Source of the DNA: Felis catus
Lineage: Eukaryota
Length of the DNA stretch: 64,000 bases
Direction of reading: 5' to 3'
Assembly: GCF_018350175.1 (NCBI RefSeq)
Contig: NC_058368.1
Span: 133,798,001-133,862,000, forward strand
Numbering within the stretch: position 1 is the stretch's first letter; every line of letters starts with the position of its first letter. The translations under genes and the position numbers were made by a program. Of this stretch, positions 37,553-51,627 are shown one piece after another. The notes beneath the pieces were generated by a model that was not told the DNA's origin, searched no databases, and worked only from the letters and a program-made list of their open reading frames with translations.

Positions 37553-39269
37553 TGACCTTACTGTTTCTCCTGCTCTCTTCATACTTCACAAGTTTAGTAT
37601 CAGTTACGTGTTTCTTTACCCTCTCAAACTCTTCATCTATTGTAGAGAGTGATGGTTTTCCTGAGAGGGAGTGGGTTTTTGAGCAACAGGAAGATACACT
37701 TATGTATTTCCCTTCGGGTACTTGTGGTACCAGCTTCGTAGGTTGCATACCAAGGGAAAGCTGTTACTTGTGAATTTTAGTTGACTGGTGGGAACAACTT
37801 AGAAATCAGTCATCTTTAGGTATCAGTGAAAATTTTCTCCTTAAATAAAGTGAGACTAGGGAGATTGCTCTGAGTGTGATAGTACATCTGTTGCATTTAT
37901 TTTGTGACTCTCCTGCACAAGGCTTCAGCAGGTTTCCCATGTTTGAAACAGTATTTGCCAAATTGTTTAAATCAGCTTTGTACATCTTGAATAAAAATGG
38001 TCATTCGGCAAGGTATTCACCTCCTTTGGCCATATACACATGATGGTACAAGACAAATGGTCCCCTTGCTTCTTTATATTTGGGGAATAGGACAGAGCAA
38101 GATTATGTGCCCACAGAGTCATAGCAAATTGATTGTTAGCCCTAATGGAAATGGTTTCATGTTGCCCCATATAACCCCTCTTTGTTTAAAATGATAGAAA
38201 CTTTCTTTCTTTCTTTTTTTTTTTTTTTTACTCAAAAGGAATCTCTGATATGGTCACTCATTACCTTGTTTACCTAATTTTAAGCAAATCTCAATTATAC
38301 CAGCTTAAACTTGTAAAAACCTGTGTTCAGTCCAGAGCATCTGATGTCATCAGAATTTCCTTTTATGGAGGTTAAAATCGGCAAATCGTACAGTCAAGTG
38401 AAACATCACCTTGGAATCATCTGGTTTTATTAAAATCCTCAAAGGCCTCAAGACCAGATTTCCTAATCTAGTACATTTGTCCAAGCTATGTAATTTCACA
38501 ATTCATCTCTTCTGTGATTTCAAGTACTTCATAAATCAGTTTCTCTGAATTGTGGAGAATACTGCCTTTCTTATTCCATGCTGCATTCACAGTTCTCTGT
38601 TTGAATTCTTAGCCTTTGTGTAATTTTCAATTGTTGGCTTGAGTAACGACACATACTGCCCTTCCTGCTTAAGGAAGAGTATGATAAAATCAGATGGACT
38701 GACGTCAGTCAGTGTATTTTCCTAGGTTTTGGTATTGCTTTGTGTTGAATCACTAATTGGAGGTGTATACCAACATCGTTAATATTTCTTAATTCCTTCA
38801 TGCAGACCATCAACCCTGTGACTTGAGTTTATCCTTTTGGTCCTTTGAGAAGACTGTAATGTGTATATGGAATCTGTTCCTAGTATTAATATAATGATTG
38901 ACATCTTTCATATACTCCTAATCTCTAAATGTAGAATTTAACCTGAATGGCCTTGGATTTAGCTTTTTTTCTCTCCTTCATCATAAATTGAAGCTTTTGA
39001 AAGCTCCCTTTTAAATTTAATTTTAAAGCTCCCCTGTGTTAAGTGATATTAGTTATTTATTTATTTTTTTTTTACAGAACATGGCAGCCCCTCAGAAAGA
39101 TTCAACTCCCTCATCCATTGGGGACGGTTCTTCATTCATTTTTTTAAATCAGAATTGTATAACTTTTTTGTGTTTATGAATTAACTGTGGATTTTCTTTG
39201 TTTTGGTTTAGTTGGTAAAGTACCAGTTGGATCTTAATTACCTATTTTTCAAGTTAGAATTGATAGTGT

Positions 39270-39780
39270 TTAGTGGTATAGCAGGTGTGGGGTGAGAGGG
39301 AGTTGATCAAATGTGGCGTGCATGTATCTTACTGAGAATATGGATGGCCAGAAGGGACATTTCCTGAGATGGAAAGGATAAAAAGAACAGGTTTGAGGTA
39401 GTGCTGAAAAATTCACTTTGCTGCGTATTGGGTTTAAGATGCCCGTAATCCATTTGCTTGACCTAAAGAAAATTATTTTATGGGTCTGAAACTCAGAGGA
39501 TGAGTGTGTCCATAATACCAGTTTGTAAGCCATTCATTCATTCATTAACAGTATTTAAAACCTTGGGAGGCAGTGAAATCAGTGAGGGAGAGAGTTTGGA
39601 GTGAAAAGAATACAGAACCCAGCAGGGTGGGGGTGCTGAGTCTACATTTAGAGGTTCTGAGAGGACGAGTCACCAGCAGGAAACTGAGAGGCAGCAACCT
39701 GAGAGGCAGAAGAGAAAGAGGAGAAGGTAGTATCGAGAATTAAAGAGAAGACAGAGCGCCCAGAAAGAGAGAGTGGTGGA
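39270..39780 (-). mobile_element. L2 fragment
   Basis: Purine-rich antisense L2-like text (tgggtctgaaactcagagga...cagcaggaaactgagagg). Confidence 0.55.
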
Positions 39781-40135
39781 TTTTAATATCAAGACCTCAG
39801 TTTCTACAAGGCACTTAACAAATATTTGTTGAAAGAATAAAGAACTTCATAAAGAAATGCACAGAGCTTCATGTGACTTTGATGACCAAAAACGTAGCAT
39901 ACTCCAGACTGAAAGCAAGATTTGTTCCCCCCTTCCCACCCCCACGCAAAGAGAAAGTCCTCTGAAGTACCTGATTACTTAAAAAGCCCTACAGATTTTA
40001 ATGTGTTGTCTTAGGAACTTTATTTTGAAAGCAGTTTTAGCAAATCTTTCATTTTCCTTTTCCATAATATAATCTGTTTTAACCATTGCTAAAAGCTGAG
40101 ATGGACCTCCTGCCTTTCATAATAGTTTGGATGTT

Positions 40136-40337
40136 GGGGCGCCTGGGTGGCTCAGTTGGTTGAGTGCCCACCTCTTGGTTTCAGCTCATGTCATGATCCA
40201 AGGGTTGTGGGATTGAGCCCCGAGTCGGGCTCCACACTGAGCGTGAAGCCCATTTGGGATTCTCTCCCTCTTTCCCTCTGCCCCTCTCCTCTGCTCATGC
40301 ACTCTCACTCTCTCTAAAATTAAAAAAAAAAAAAAAA
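40136..40337 (+). mobile_element. CanSINE
   Basis: ggggcgcctgggtggctcagttggttgag followed by a poly-A tail. Confidence 0.93.
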
Positions 40338-42824
40338 TGAGAAATAAATTTTTTTGTCAAAACAAAATAGTGTGGATGCTAAGGTGTTGTACTACCTCCC
40401 AAATCCACAGAGCAGTCAAACCAAGGCAGTGTTTGACCAAGATGAAGGAAATCTGAACTGTAGAAAATAGACATTGGAAACTCTTGAAGTTATTTTTTCT
40501 GTGAGGAGAAAGATTTTTACAAATTTTGGAGAGGAGAGGATTCTTGAAACACAAAAATCTCAAAATAGCCTGTTTTCTTGAAAGTTAGCGAAGTAGAAAA
40601 ATCTTTTTAATTTAGATTTTATAAATATTACAATCAGAAATTAAAATAATTATCAACAGTGTTTAGGATTAGATATTTTCAGATTTAAACCTTACACAAT
40701 GTGGTAATTAAACACTTCACTGTTTTAAAATAGATAAGTGACATGTATTATTAGGTCTTCTAAATCTCTGGAAGTTTATGTATTCACACTGGCTAAAAAA
40801 ACATTCTTTTTTTTATCTATCCATTGAACAAGAGGAGATTGCTGAATGTTTAGGGTTGCTTTCATATTAACGTATATATTTAGGTGATCAAATAAATGAT
40901 CACCTAGAACATAAAAAGGTACATTTAAAATCCTTGCTTAAATCACTGCTCTCCTCACCCTCACGGTTTTCAGAACTTGATGGTCTCAGACTGGACAGCT
41001 TTGGTGATGGTCACAGTGACTATGGTGCTTCTGACACTCCCTTCACCAGCTAATCCCCGAATTATCTCTGAGCTTACGTGTATATACAGACTGTCTTCTT
41101 CAGCCCATTAGCTAGCTAAGAGTGTCTGCACTTGTATCACAGAAGAACAGACTGTTCCATAGAGACCAAAGAACTTGAGTCAGGGGTCCCATTAGTTCGG
41201 GATCAGCCAGCTGTCTACATTCAGTGCCAATGCCCCTGGTAGGAGGTGAGATGCTCAACGTGACCTAAGTGGCCTGTACCTATCAGGCAACCTTAAGTAA
41301 GGGAGGCTTATAAGTCTGTATTTTAAATTCAAGTGTCTGTGTTAAAGAGCATTTTCTTAAATACGCACGGTAATGCCATCTCTGTCTTTGAACTTACTCT
41401 GGCATAATTATAATCTCTGCTTTCATGATGCTTTAATGCAGATTTTTGTATTTATGGCAGCAGTGTGTGAGTACTCCTCCAGAAAGCTGTGCAAATTGCA
41501 GGCTTTTGAAGTTCTAAGCTTTTTTGTTAGGGGTAACAGGGGTAATGATGGATCTTGTCATGAAATGTTAAGGTGTACATACACTGTGGCAGGCATCTCA
41601 AGTTAAGAGGGTTCAGCTGGGGCGAAGATGAGCCCATCAACACTCTTGCATTGCAGTCGATAGCAGATTCGGTAGTGGTCGAGAAAATTTAGAAGAACAT
41701 ACATAACAGAAGAGTCATACAGTGTTTGGGAAAAGAAATGATCTTCGCTGTTAAGTAAAGAAATCATTTATATTTTATAAAACTGTCTTCAAAATTTTTT
41801 ATGTTTACAAAAGCTGTGCGTGTTTATTATAGAAAATTTGGAAAATACAACAAAGTGTGAAAAAGAATACTCAGAATTAAATTAGAGAAGAACCACTCAG
41901 AATTAACTGCTTAACATTTTGGGTATTTGTCTAAATTTATTTATTTTATATGTGTACATCTGTTGTAATATTGATGGCACTTTTGTCTACATAAATTTGT
42001 GCATAAAATATAAACTTAGATATATACACACACATACATTTGTGTATCCATGTGTAAGTAAGGGATCCTAGATACAATTTGGTGTCTAGATCATTTTTCT
42101 TTCTTGTTTTGAGATTTTTACATATTATTAAGTGTCCTTTTTTTTTTTCAAATACTTGGTTTTAAAAAGTACAAAATATTCCATTTCATGAATATGCCAT
42201 GGTTACCTTCCCCTAATGAATATTTTGGCTGTTTTCCTGTTTTTTGTTCTTATAAGTATGCTATAGTGAATAACATTACACGTAAATTGTTGTGATCAAC
42301 CCTGATTAGTTTCTAAGCTCAATCTGGGAGGGTATTCTTTAAAGTGCTGGCCTTCTATTGTCTTGTATTTGCATGGTTGGGCCATTCGTTATTGTCTGCT
42401 GTAACTTTCTGAGGCCCTCGAGTCACAGATTGTGTCCACAGGAAATGCTCTTTAATGCTTGCTGCAAATGACTTTTAATAAGCATCAAGAATGTGTTGTG
42501 TAGGCACCAAAATAACTTTATACGTATCTAAGTACATCTCAAGTGTGTTCCCTCTCGGTGAAACAATAGCTAGTTCTGTTGAACTTCCGGGAACTTTGTG
42601 CCCAGTGACATCATGGTGGCCGGGTAAAGTTAGTGAAGTAAATGAAGAAGGAACCAGAGCACAGAGCTGCAGAGCCCTTCACACTTCACGCTGTGTCCCT
42701 GCTTCCCCAGACTCTCAATGTAAAAAGCCCCAGCTGCTATGTAACTCTGATCCTGCCACCCGAACCCTTTTAATTTTGAGATCTCAGACAACCAATAAAG
42801 TATTAAATGGTGTATGTAATAAAC

Positions 42825-43020
42825 ACTGGACCTTGGGGTTAAGATCTGGATTTTAGCTCATCTCCTCCATGTGTCAGCATTGCTACTTTGAGCAAATCAC
42901 TCCCTAGATCTCAACTTCCTTCTATATGAAATGTAACTAAGAGAACTTGCCCTTGCTACCTCATTTAATTGCTTAAATGTGACTATATTTACAGTATTGT
43001 AAAGTGCCATACCAGTGTTA
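42825..43020 (+). mobile_element. MIR fragment
   Basis: actggaccttgggg..agatctggatttt...tttgagcaaatcact...tctcaacttccttctatatgaaatg...gtaaagtgc. Confidence 0.65.
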
Positions 43021-45070
43021 GGTTTTCAGAAACTATTACGGTATTATTTTATGACCAACCTGAATTCATAATGATGTTAAAATGAAGGATACCATGGTGT
43101 GTAAATACAGAGCAACTTAGAACACAGGCTTGCTGCAGTCTTCAGGTGGGTTGCTGACAGGGGAATGTGGCGTCCTTATTACAGACCCCGTTGGGATGCA
43201 TTTGTCCTAGTCTTTGATATTTGCATTTTGGCATTCAGCCTTTGAAGTCTCTCAGCTGTGTACTTACTCTGGTTTAGAGCTGGACTTGGGAAATGAATAG
43301 TATTTTTTTAAAAAGTCAAACTCATTGGATCAGAACCACAGCGGTTCCAGAGGGGCTGTGCAGGGATAGGGAGTGGGAAGGGGTATTTAGGAGTGTGGCT
43401 CACTGCCTCCTATTCCACCTTTGCTTCAACCAGAGAAGATCAACCTATGTCACATTTTGGGGTACAGACTCGTCTTTTGCCTGAGCAAAAGGTTTAGTGT
43501 GTGTACATGCATGCACGCACACGTGGCATGTTTAAAAACCATTTTAGTAAACTGAGACCCAGTGCAGGCAAGTGTTAAGGATCCCATGGCTCGATGGTGT
43601 CAGAGCTAAGTCTGGCAACCTACTTCCCAGTTAGCACCCTTCCCAGGGGGACCTGGTAATTTGACCCTGAAGATTTCTTTTGGAGGGATCAGGGAAGAAC
43701 GGTAACATCCCCGGAGTGAACTTTGATTCATTTTTCTTCCTTGCGACTGACAGAGTATCTAGATCAATGGTTTTCTTCTTTTGTGTTTCTTTTGTACTAG
43801 ACCTTGGGTCCCACACCTGAAGTAGGAGGAGAAAAGGTCACTTTCTACACATAAACACATAGGTTTATAGCCATCTTGTTATTATAGCTACCGTTTATGG
43901 TGTGTTTTAAGGATAGAGAAAGTTTTCAAATTATTTTAGGAATGAATTAAGTTGCCGTAAGACATTAAGTGAATAACTGGTAGGAGATGAGCGTGTCAAT
44001 AGCATACTAAATTTAGACCCCACATGACTAAATCAAGTGAAGGATGGTCAACAGGAAATGGCACCTGGCTGGTAAACAAGTAGACTGAGAGAGAGAAAGT
44101 TTCATTTTCAAGAAAACTGTGCATCCCCTAACTCCATCGCTGCCGACTCTGCTGTCGCCGTCCCCTTACTGGTGGAGGATCTCTCATATAGGTGCACCTA
44201 AGAATTTCCCCCAAAGCATAAACATTCCAGACTGGTCCATCTATTAAGGTATCTGATGTCAGTAAATGAAAAACAGAATTTAATAACATGGACTATGTTC
44301 ACCTTTTTTTCATTAAGATACAAAGAAGTTGTATTTCAGATTAATTTTCTTGTAGTTCTATGGCTAAAAGTTCTGTGGTTTGCTATTAATCAAGTATGAC
44401 TTTGAACAGTTTTTCTCATTTTCACTTAGCTTTAATTTCCTTTTCTGTTAAAGGAAGAGATTGGATTATATGCATTTATTCTAATACTCTTTCTTAATAT
44501 TTATTCCAAGGCTGTAACTCCATATTTCTAGTTCTTTTGTTTTAAAGAATGTTTTTTTTCATGCATTGTTATCAAGATGAATTCATACTGGACTTCGGTT
44601 TTTCATTGGGGGCGTGCTTTTAGTATTCTATGGTTTGGTGAAAAATAGTCTCTCAGTGTCTAAAATATTAAGGAAAAGATTTAGGGTAGGAGAGTAGATT
44701 GGACTCTCCAGACTTAAGACGGATAGGGGGCATGGCTGAGTGACCCAAAAGCATGTTCTTGATATGGTCACAGATATCATCTGAGGATGGATATTCCATT
44801 TGGAAGGACTTACAATGGGAGAACTGGTTGTCCTCTGGTCTAGGCCTCCCAGGCACACTTTGAGAGCCGTCCCTGTGTTTATCTGGCTGGAGTAGCAATA
44901 CCTCTCAGTTTGTGGTTTGTCTATGAACTGGAGCAATTGGGCCTAAAAGTCTTGTTTTGCACATGTGGACATGTTCTAAGAATTCTACAGTAGTTACCAG
45001 AGTGACCCCTCCAATCATTAAAGGAATGAATTTAGTTTTGAAGGATTGGAGAGTGAGGGAGCAGTCGGGT

Positions 45071-45071
<1 letters not shown>

Positions 45072-45128
<57 letters not shown>
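45072..45128. repeat. (TG)n microsatellite
   Basis: Directly visible. Confidence 0.97.
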
Positions 45129-45131
<3 letters not shown>

Positions 45132-46777
45132 AAGAGATCCTCAGGCAGAGAATAAGCCCCAGTTCAATGTTTACAGATGTAAATCGTTTTAAATTGGCCA
45201 AATGTAGGAATTGAAGCAAGTTCCTTGATTGGTATAAAGCCTACTTCCTTGTAGGATCAGTAATTTGGTGTGGGAATGGACACAGTCTAGAATCCTTGAA
45301 ATTGAAACAAAAAGAATATGAATTAGCTCCTATTTGGTGCTTTTGTGTCATTATTTCAGTAGGAAATGTGGGTTTTAAGCTTATCACAAGTCATTTCATT
45401 TGACAGCTTTGATTTTCAAAAGAGAAAGGCCAAATGTAAATTCTTCTCCTTTCTCCGGAGACCCAGGCAGACTTTTAACATCAAGAGATGTACATACTTC
45501 CCCTGACAACAAATTTCCCATAAGCAGTAGCAGTCTGCTTTGTCAGGGGCTCTGTGAAGCTGTCGTAATTCACTTCTCCTGTTCTCATTGTTGACATAAA
45601 TGATGGATGTTCATTTCTTCTGGTGATGTGAGGCCTTAACTATTTCTGTCATGATTATGTGCCTTTCTAACCTGACTCCTGCTTAACATTTCATTTCCTG
45701 AAATTGTCCTCACTAGCAAGATAGAAGTTACAATACCTAAATTTTAGTTGCTGACATTAACATACCTCAGTGAGTGCCTGACTTACATGTTATGTGTTTG
45801 TTAGTCATGCTTTCCATTGAAATATCTATAACATCCCGCCATCCCTAATTTGTAAAAGTGAAGTAACACGGGAGATAAAGCACATATCAATGATTGGTCA
45901 CTTATTTAGGAAGAATTACCCTTACGTATGACATAGAATCTTGTGATTCAAAAACAGTCAACACATGGCTAGACTCAGAAAAGGTATCACAGCCTGATGG
46001 GCAGAGACAGAGCATTTCCACAAGACTGTGGATTTCACTTTCCTGTACTACATACCCTGATATTAGAGACTTTGTACCTAAGCCGACAAGCAAAATATTT
46101 AGCAGTCACCTTCTACCACCGAAAGCTGCTTTTGAGCTTCCATAGACATCCATTGTCCTCCCAACAGCTTTATCTTTCTCTATTTTATTTGAGAAACTAC
46201 ACTTAATAGTATTAAACATCTACCTCAGATAAGCTGAGGATTCATTAATTAATTTATAACAATGTATCTTTTTGGTGGGGAACTAGATGAATGGAACAAA
46301 AGCAATAATCAAAGATACTATTAATGAAGATTTTCCATGTGAGAAGGAGAGATCAAGTAAAAAAAAAAAAAATAAGGACCAAAAATTAAACTCTGCCCTG
46401 GATATAGGGCAGGGTTTTATACGCAACAATGGGAAATACACCAGCCCACTTCTGAGCAGAAAAGAATAAACTGATTGCTTATAAAGGAATAAAATGTATG
46501 CTGGCCTCAGACTTCCCTTCCACAAGTTGCCAGATAATGATGTTGGGGCCAAAGAACTTTATTTGCTAAGATATTATATGTATATATGTATGAATGTCTT
46601 ATTCATTTGGGGCCACATAAAATTCACATTTCATGTCTTTCCTGAGAAACTCACTTGAAGATATTAGCTAAAAGTTAAAGAACTGAAGAATTGGAAAGAT
46701 GGGGTATAAAAGCAGTATGTTGAACATTAATAGAAAAGTGAAAGTTTGAAAAGATAGTTTAAAAATATAACAGTGTT

Positions 46778-46997
46778 GGGGCACCTGGGTGGCTCCATTG
46801 GTTAAGCGCCCGACACTTGATTTGGGCTCAGGTCATGGTCTGGTGGTTTGTGCGTTCGACCCCACATTGGACTCTGTGCTGGCAGTGCAAAGACTGCTTT
46901 GGGTTCTTTCTCTCTCCCCATCTCTCTCTGCCCCTCACCAGCTTGTTCTCTCTCTCTCTCTCTCCCCACCCCCCCGTAAATAAATAAATAAACAAAT
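46778..46997 (+). mobile_element. CanSINE
   Basis: ggggcacctgggtggctccattggttaagc; TSD aaatataacag. Confidence 0.92.
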
Positions 46998-47999
46998 AAA
47001 TATAACAGGGTAAAAAATGGTTCTCTAATAACAGGCTAGATCTATAACTCATATCAGCCAAGATGAAAGACGGAGGTATGACAGAAGTACACATATGCCA
47101 CGTTCCTTGGCTTACTTTGGGGAGTGGGGCAGGGAACTAGAGTTACACTTAATCCTTTTGCATCTACTAGTTAGCAAGATAGGCATTCAGGTGTGTTTTT
47201 TAAACATTTAAAGAAGATAACGTAGTAGTGTGAAAAGCAGTGATTTCCTCATATGTCACAGATGGGAAAAAGAAAGTCCTTCAACACAGAGTAGGCTCAT
47301 CCAAGAATGCTGTTTGATTTAATGTTATAAGCAGTACTAATACATCTGAGCAGTGGGTCAGATGTTCATCTGAATTGATGTTGAAAGAGCACTTAATAAA
47401 ACACCACCTCCATTTTTCCTGAAAATGCTTTGGAAATGAGAATGCACAGAGGATCCCGTAATATAGTAAGACATATCTAATGTAGATGAATAGCTGGTAT
47501 CTTACTTTTGCAAAATACCAGCAGCATTTTATTGAAGTATCTCCCCATTAATATTTAACTTTATTCTGGAGGTTCTTTGTACTCAAGCAACACACGAAAC
47601 TGAAAATCTCGAACTCAAAGCTCATAAAATGTGTTGTATTCAGATGACATAAATAATCTACAATACCCAAGAGCATTAAGTGTGTAAGTATTAAAATTAA
47701 TAAAAGTATTCATTAAATGGATTGTATCCAAGATGAATATATAGCAATTACTCTTGTATATTACCAGCTGTAATCAGAAATGATAAAGAAAGGAATCAAT
47801 TTGTGATAGCATTCCACTCTCTTTTCTCATACCCCCTTTCCCACCCAAAGAATGGGGCATAAATACCATGCCTTTGAAGTAACCATAGAGACACTATTCA
47901 CTGGGGAAGAAGCTAAATATCCTAATTTCCCCTAATTAAATTACAGTTCTGAAGCAATTCTGATCCACATCCTCTTGATTATGCACGTGTATAACTATT

Positions 48000-48500
48000 T
48001 TATTGGAAGCATCACATTCACTCTGTAGTTTAAGCAGAAGAGGAGTTTATTAAGGTATATTAGGTGGCTCACAGAATTTTCAGGAGGGCCAGAGAGTGAG
48101 CATTGAAGGTCACATAACCTGGAAAAACACGCAGACTGCATCATGGTACTGTGCAGGGCAAGCCCTGGCTACTGGTGTCCCTGGTTCCTGAATTCCAGAA
48201 ACTCAGACACTGTTGCCTGCACCCCCTGTGAAGAGGGGTGCCCCTGCCACCACTTTTGCCACAAAAAAGTAGTTACTTTGTCACCAACTTCCTCATATTG
48301 TCTTCTTTTGAGCCAAAGTTGAGTTTACCAATGAGAGCAAATGGGCAAAGCTTTGCCTTCGCTCTCATTGCAAGGAAAGCTGAGAGTGTGGGTGGTGGCA
48401 CAATCTTGGGAGGCAGCCCTGGTGATATGGGAAATCCCTCTTTTATAGGAAGGCTTCTCAGAAGATACTGGGTGAACATACCAATGACACATACTTACCA
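48000..48500. mobile_element. Old MaLR LTR remnant (MLT1K/L-like)
   Basis: agtttaagcagaagaggagtttattaaggtatattaggtggctcacagaat...ttgcaaggaaagctgagag. Confidence 0.55.
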
Positions 48501-48699
48501 TGGTAACTGGACGTAATGACTCTAAAGTACATTTGGAAGACTGTGTAGATACAGTTGGCCACGTAAATTCAGGGAGCTGGACCTGACTGCCTGAGATTAG
48601 CACACATCACGGGGTGATGACAATGCAAGCAGTCATTCACACATGAAATAAAAATTGACAGGGATTGATAATGATATGCTGAGAGGGAACATCACACAC

Positions 48700-49960
48700 C
48701 CCTGAGAGAGTTTAACCAGCAAATGTTACTGGGAAAATTGGCCATCTCTATGAAAATATGTGAGGTGAGCCTCCTTCATACGCCGTACTAAAATGATTTT
48801 CATACAGATATTTAATGATCTATAAAAATTAAACCCTCAAAAGTAAAATTAATATGTACATGAGTATTTTACTTAGGATGAGGAAACAATTTCTTAGCAT
48901 GAAAAAGTGGAAGAAATTGCTAAGGAAAAGATTGATAATACAAGTATTTTAAAAGCTTAAAATTCTTGAAAAAAAAAGCTTAAAATTCTGTAAGTTAAAA
49001 CCACTATAAAAAGTTAAAACAACGGTAAGTGAGCAGATATCTCCAGCAAATATAATGGGAAGAAGTTGAATATTATCAAGTCATAAAAAGCTCTCTTTAA
49101 ATGGATGAAGGAAAAAATTGTAATACCCACCTACATAGGCAAAGGACATGGACAGCTCACCAAAGAGGAAGTAGAAATAACAAGTAAACACATGAAAAGT
49201 TTGATCTGACACTAATCAAATAAATGCAAATCAAAACAATGAAGTACCAGTTTCACCTGATTTGCAAATATAAAAAAAGCATAGACACAGTGATAATAAT
49301 CGTATCTGGTGATGGTGTAGCTAGCTAGATGGGTATGCCTAGCACACTAATGTAAGTTCATAATTTTTTTAGCAAGCAGTGTGGTATTTTGTCAAGAACA
49401 CTCAAAACCGTTTCTATCACTTGAAATATTATTTGCACTTCATGAAATATAATTGGAGTTAATCAGAAAAATACTCAGAAATACATATTTAAGGATATTA
49501 ATTGTAGCATTACTTGTAATAGCACAAAAAAATGGGAAACACCCTAAATATTAAGTAGTAAGAGGACTAATGCTTACATTGTAGTCCATCTGTATAATGA
49601 ATAATTTGTAGCCATTGAAAAATCATCACAGCAGGGAAAAAAATTTAATGGCGTGTGAAAATTATAATTACAACCTAGTCATTAAAGAACAGGATACAAA
49701 AACTGAATACGGTTTGTGATCCTATTTAAAAGTACATTTGTGGGGCATCTGGCTGGCTCAGTTGGTGAAGAATGCGATTCTTGATCTAGGGGTCATGAAT
49801 TCGAGCTCCACACAGGGCATAGAGATTTCTAAAAAATAATAATAATAACAAAAGTATGTTGTGATGTACACACTATCAAAAGAACAGAGTAAAGAAAAAT
49901 ACCACATTAGTAGGATTACCAGTTTCACTTTTATATTTTATTTTCTAAGCCCTCTACCAT
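48700..49960 (+). mobile_element. Old L1 (L1ME-like) fragment
   Basis: aggcaaaggacatggacagc...aaatgcaaatcaaaacaatga...attgtagcattacttgtaatagcacaaaa. Confidence 0.75.
49742..49850 (+). mobile_element. Short older CanSINE form lacking the (CT)n body
   Basis: ggggcatctggctggctcagttggtgaag...gaattcgagctccaca...agagatt followed directly by an A-rich tail. Confidence 0.85.
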
Positions 49961-50769
49961 GAGCACCTTTAGAATCAGGTTTTTAAAAGCTATTTTAAAA
50001 CTGAGCAGTTCCTTTTCTGTGGATTTTAAACATTCCACGAGCAAAATCTCATGTGCATATTGCTTCTACCGTCACCATCTGCCTTGAGTTTAAAGCAGTT
50101 AAACAGTTATATGTTTAGTATTTTCCAATATTAGTAGCAGTGCTAAAGTTACCCCCTCAGTCTAATTTATCCTTACTCAGCCCCACAGCGGTGATGTGCA
50201 TATGCTTCTGTGTTCCACCTAACTTCACCTAGAAAAGCATGTATCTGCCACAGAGCAGCATAGGATCTGTGTGAAGATTGGAGTGTGTTTTTTTTTTTTT
50301 TATGACAAATATTGTTAAATAAAAATGGCTTCGGGGCAAGGGTGCGTGTTCTGTGCTTTAATTGCCGTTGGAAAACATGAAACTATTTAGCAGAACTTCT
50401 TCATTTTCTAGTTAAAAACATGTTCATTAGAAGTATCCTCAGTAAAACTGGTTCGTGCTAAGAATCAAAAGATTGTAAACCCTCTAGCCTGTGATGGAGA
50501 AAACAGTTTTGTCCTGTTGTAGCTTCTTGTCATAAAACGGGAAACCTACCCCTTACTTACGCATTGTCTTTGATTTCATCCATATTCCACCTGAGAGCAC
50601 ATTTTTAACTAGGAGGCTTTTAAGTCATCCTATGAAGTTATGAGCTATTATAACATTTAAAATTTCTTCCTTTTAGAATTATAACTTGATTTGAGTTAAT
50701 AAACCAAGTGTGGATGTTGTTATTCATGTTTATTTTATGTCTCAGGGAGACAGAGTCAGCAAATCTTAC

Positions 50770-51420
50770 TCCATTTCTCTTGGGAAACTAGTTCAGGTCC
50801 AACGTTGGCTGAGATTCACTGATGATGTACTGGGCATGACACCACTCCCGTCCTGCTCCACTAAAACCATCATTTCCCAGGGTCAAATCCAGTGATTGCT
50901 TTTGTAAAATAGTGTCATTCAGCCTGAGCGTCCTGCACAATTTAATGTCAGGAACCGTTTCCTACTTCTTGAATATTTCCCTTCCCTTGATTCCTCTAAT
51001 TCTTCTGTGTTTCCATTCTTCTTGTTGGCTCCTTTTTTGTGTCCTCATCCATTTTAACTGTTGGAATCCCCTGGGTTACATCTTTTTTGTCACCCTTGTG
51101 ACAAGTGCTCCCTTTACCAAGGTCTGCTGCTTTGTGCACATGGTGATTTTTCCTGCAGTTTTATCTTGAGCCTGAACATTGCTTCCGAACACAGATGCCT
51201 GTTTCTGTTTGCTGGAGCTTTCTCCATATGAACGTGTCCCACCAGCACCTCAAATCCAACTGTTACTCAATAAGCAACTTTATTATCATCAATTCTGTTC
51301 TCACTTTTGGCCATGTCATCATACCTGGCCACCCAAGCTACTAGTCTCATAAGCATCTTTTGTTACATCTTTCCTGCTAAGTCTTCCTTTCCCCCTGAAA
51401 TGGGTTTCACCTCTGACACT
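50770..51420 (+). mobile_element. L2 fragment
   Basis: caaatccagtgat...ccagcacctcaaatccaac...acccaagcta are L2-like motifs. Confidence 0.5.
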
Positions 51421-51531
51421 TCTCCTCACCCACTAGTTGAGGACTTTTGCAGTAGAGCAAGGACTGGGCTCCCTCTTTCTGCCTGCTCTCACTGCCTGTG
51501 TCCACCTCCATGAAATTTCTCTTCTCTGTTG

Positions 51532-51565
<34 letters not shown>

Positions 51566-51627
51566 GCACATGAACATAATTAGTTCTTTCAAGAAAAACA
51601 TTCATGGTTGGTCATGACATACACGAG

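Noticed and set aside
39078..39214. Possible exon after a strong acceptor (ttttttacag|AACATGG)
   Set aside because: The peptide is not MAST-like, the continuing frame reaches a stop at about 39182, and there is no strong nearby donor.
49742..49825. Functional tRNA gene
   Set aside because: No complete cloverleaf, and it is followed by an A-rich tail; it is a short SINE.
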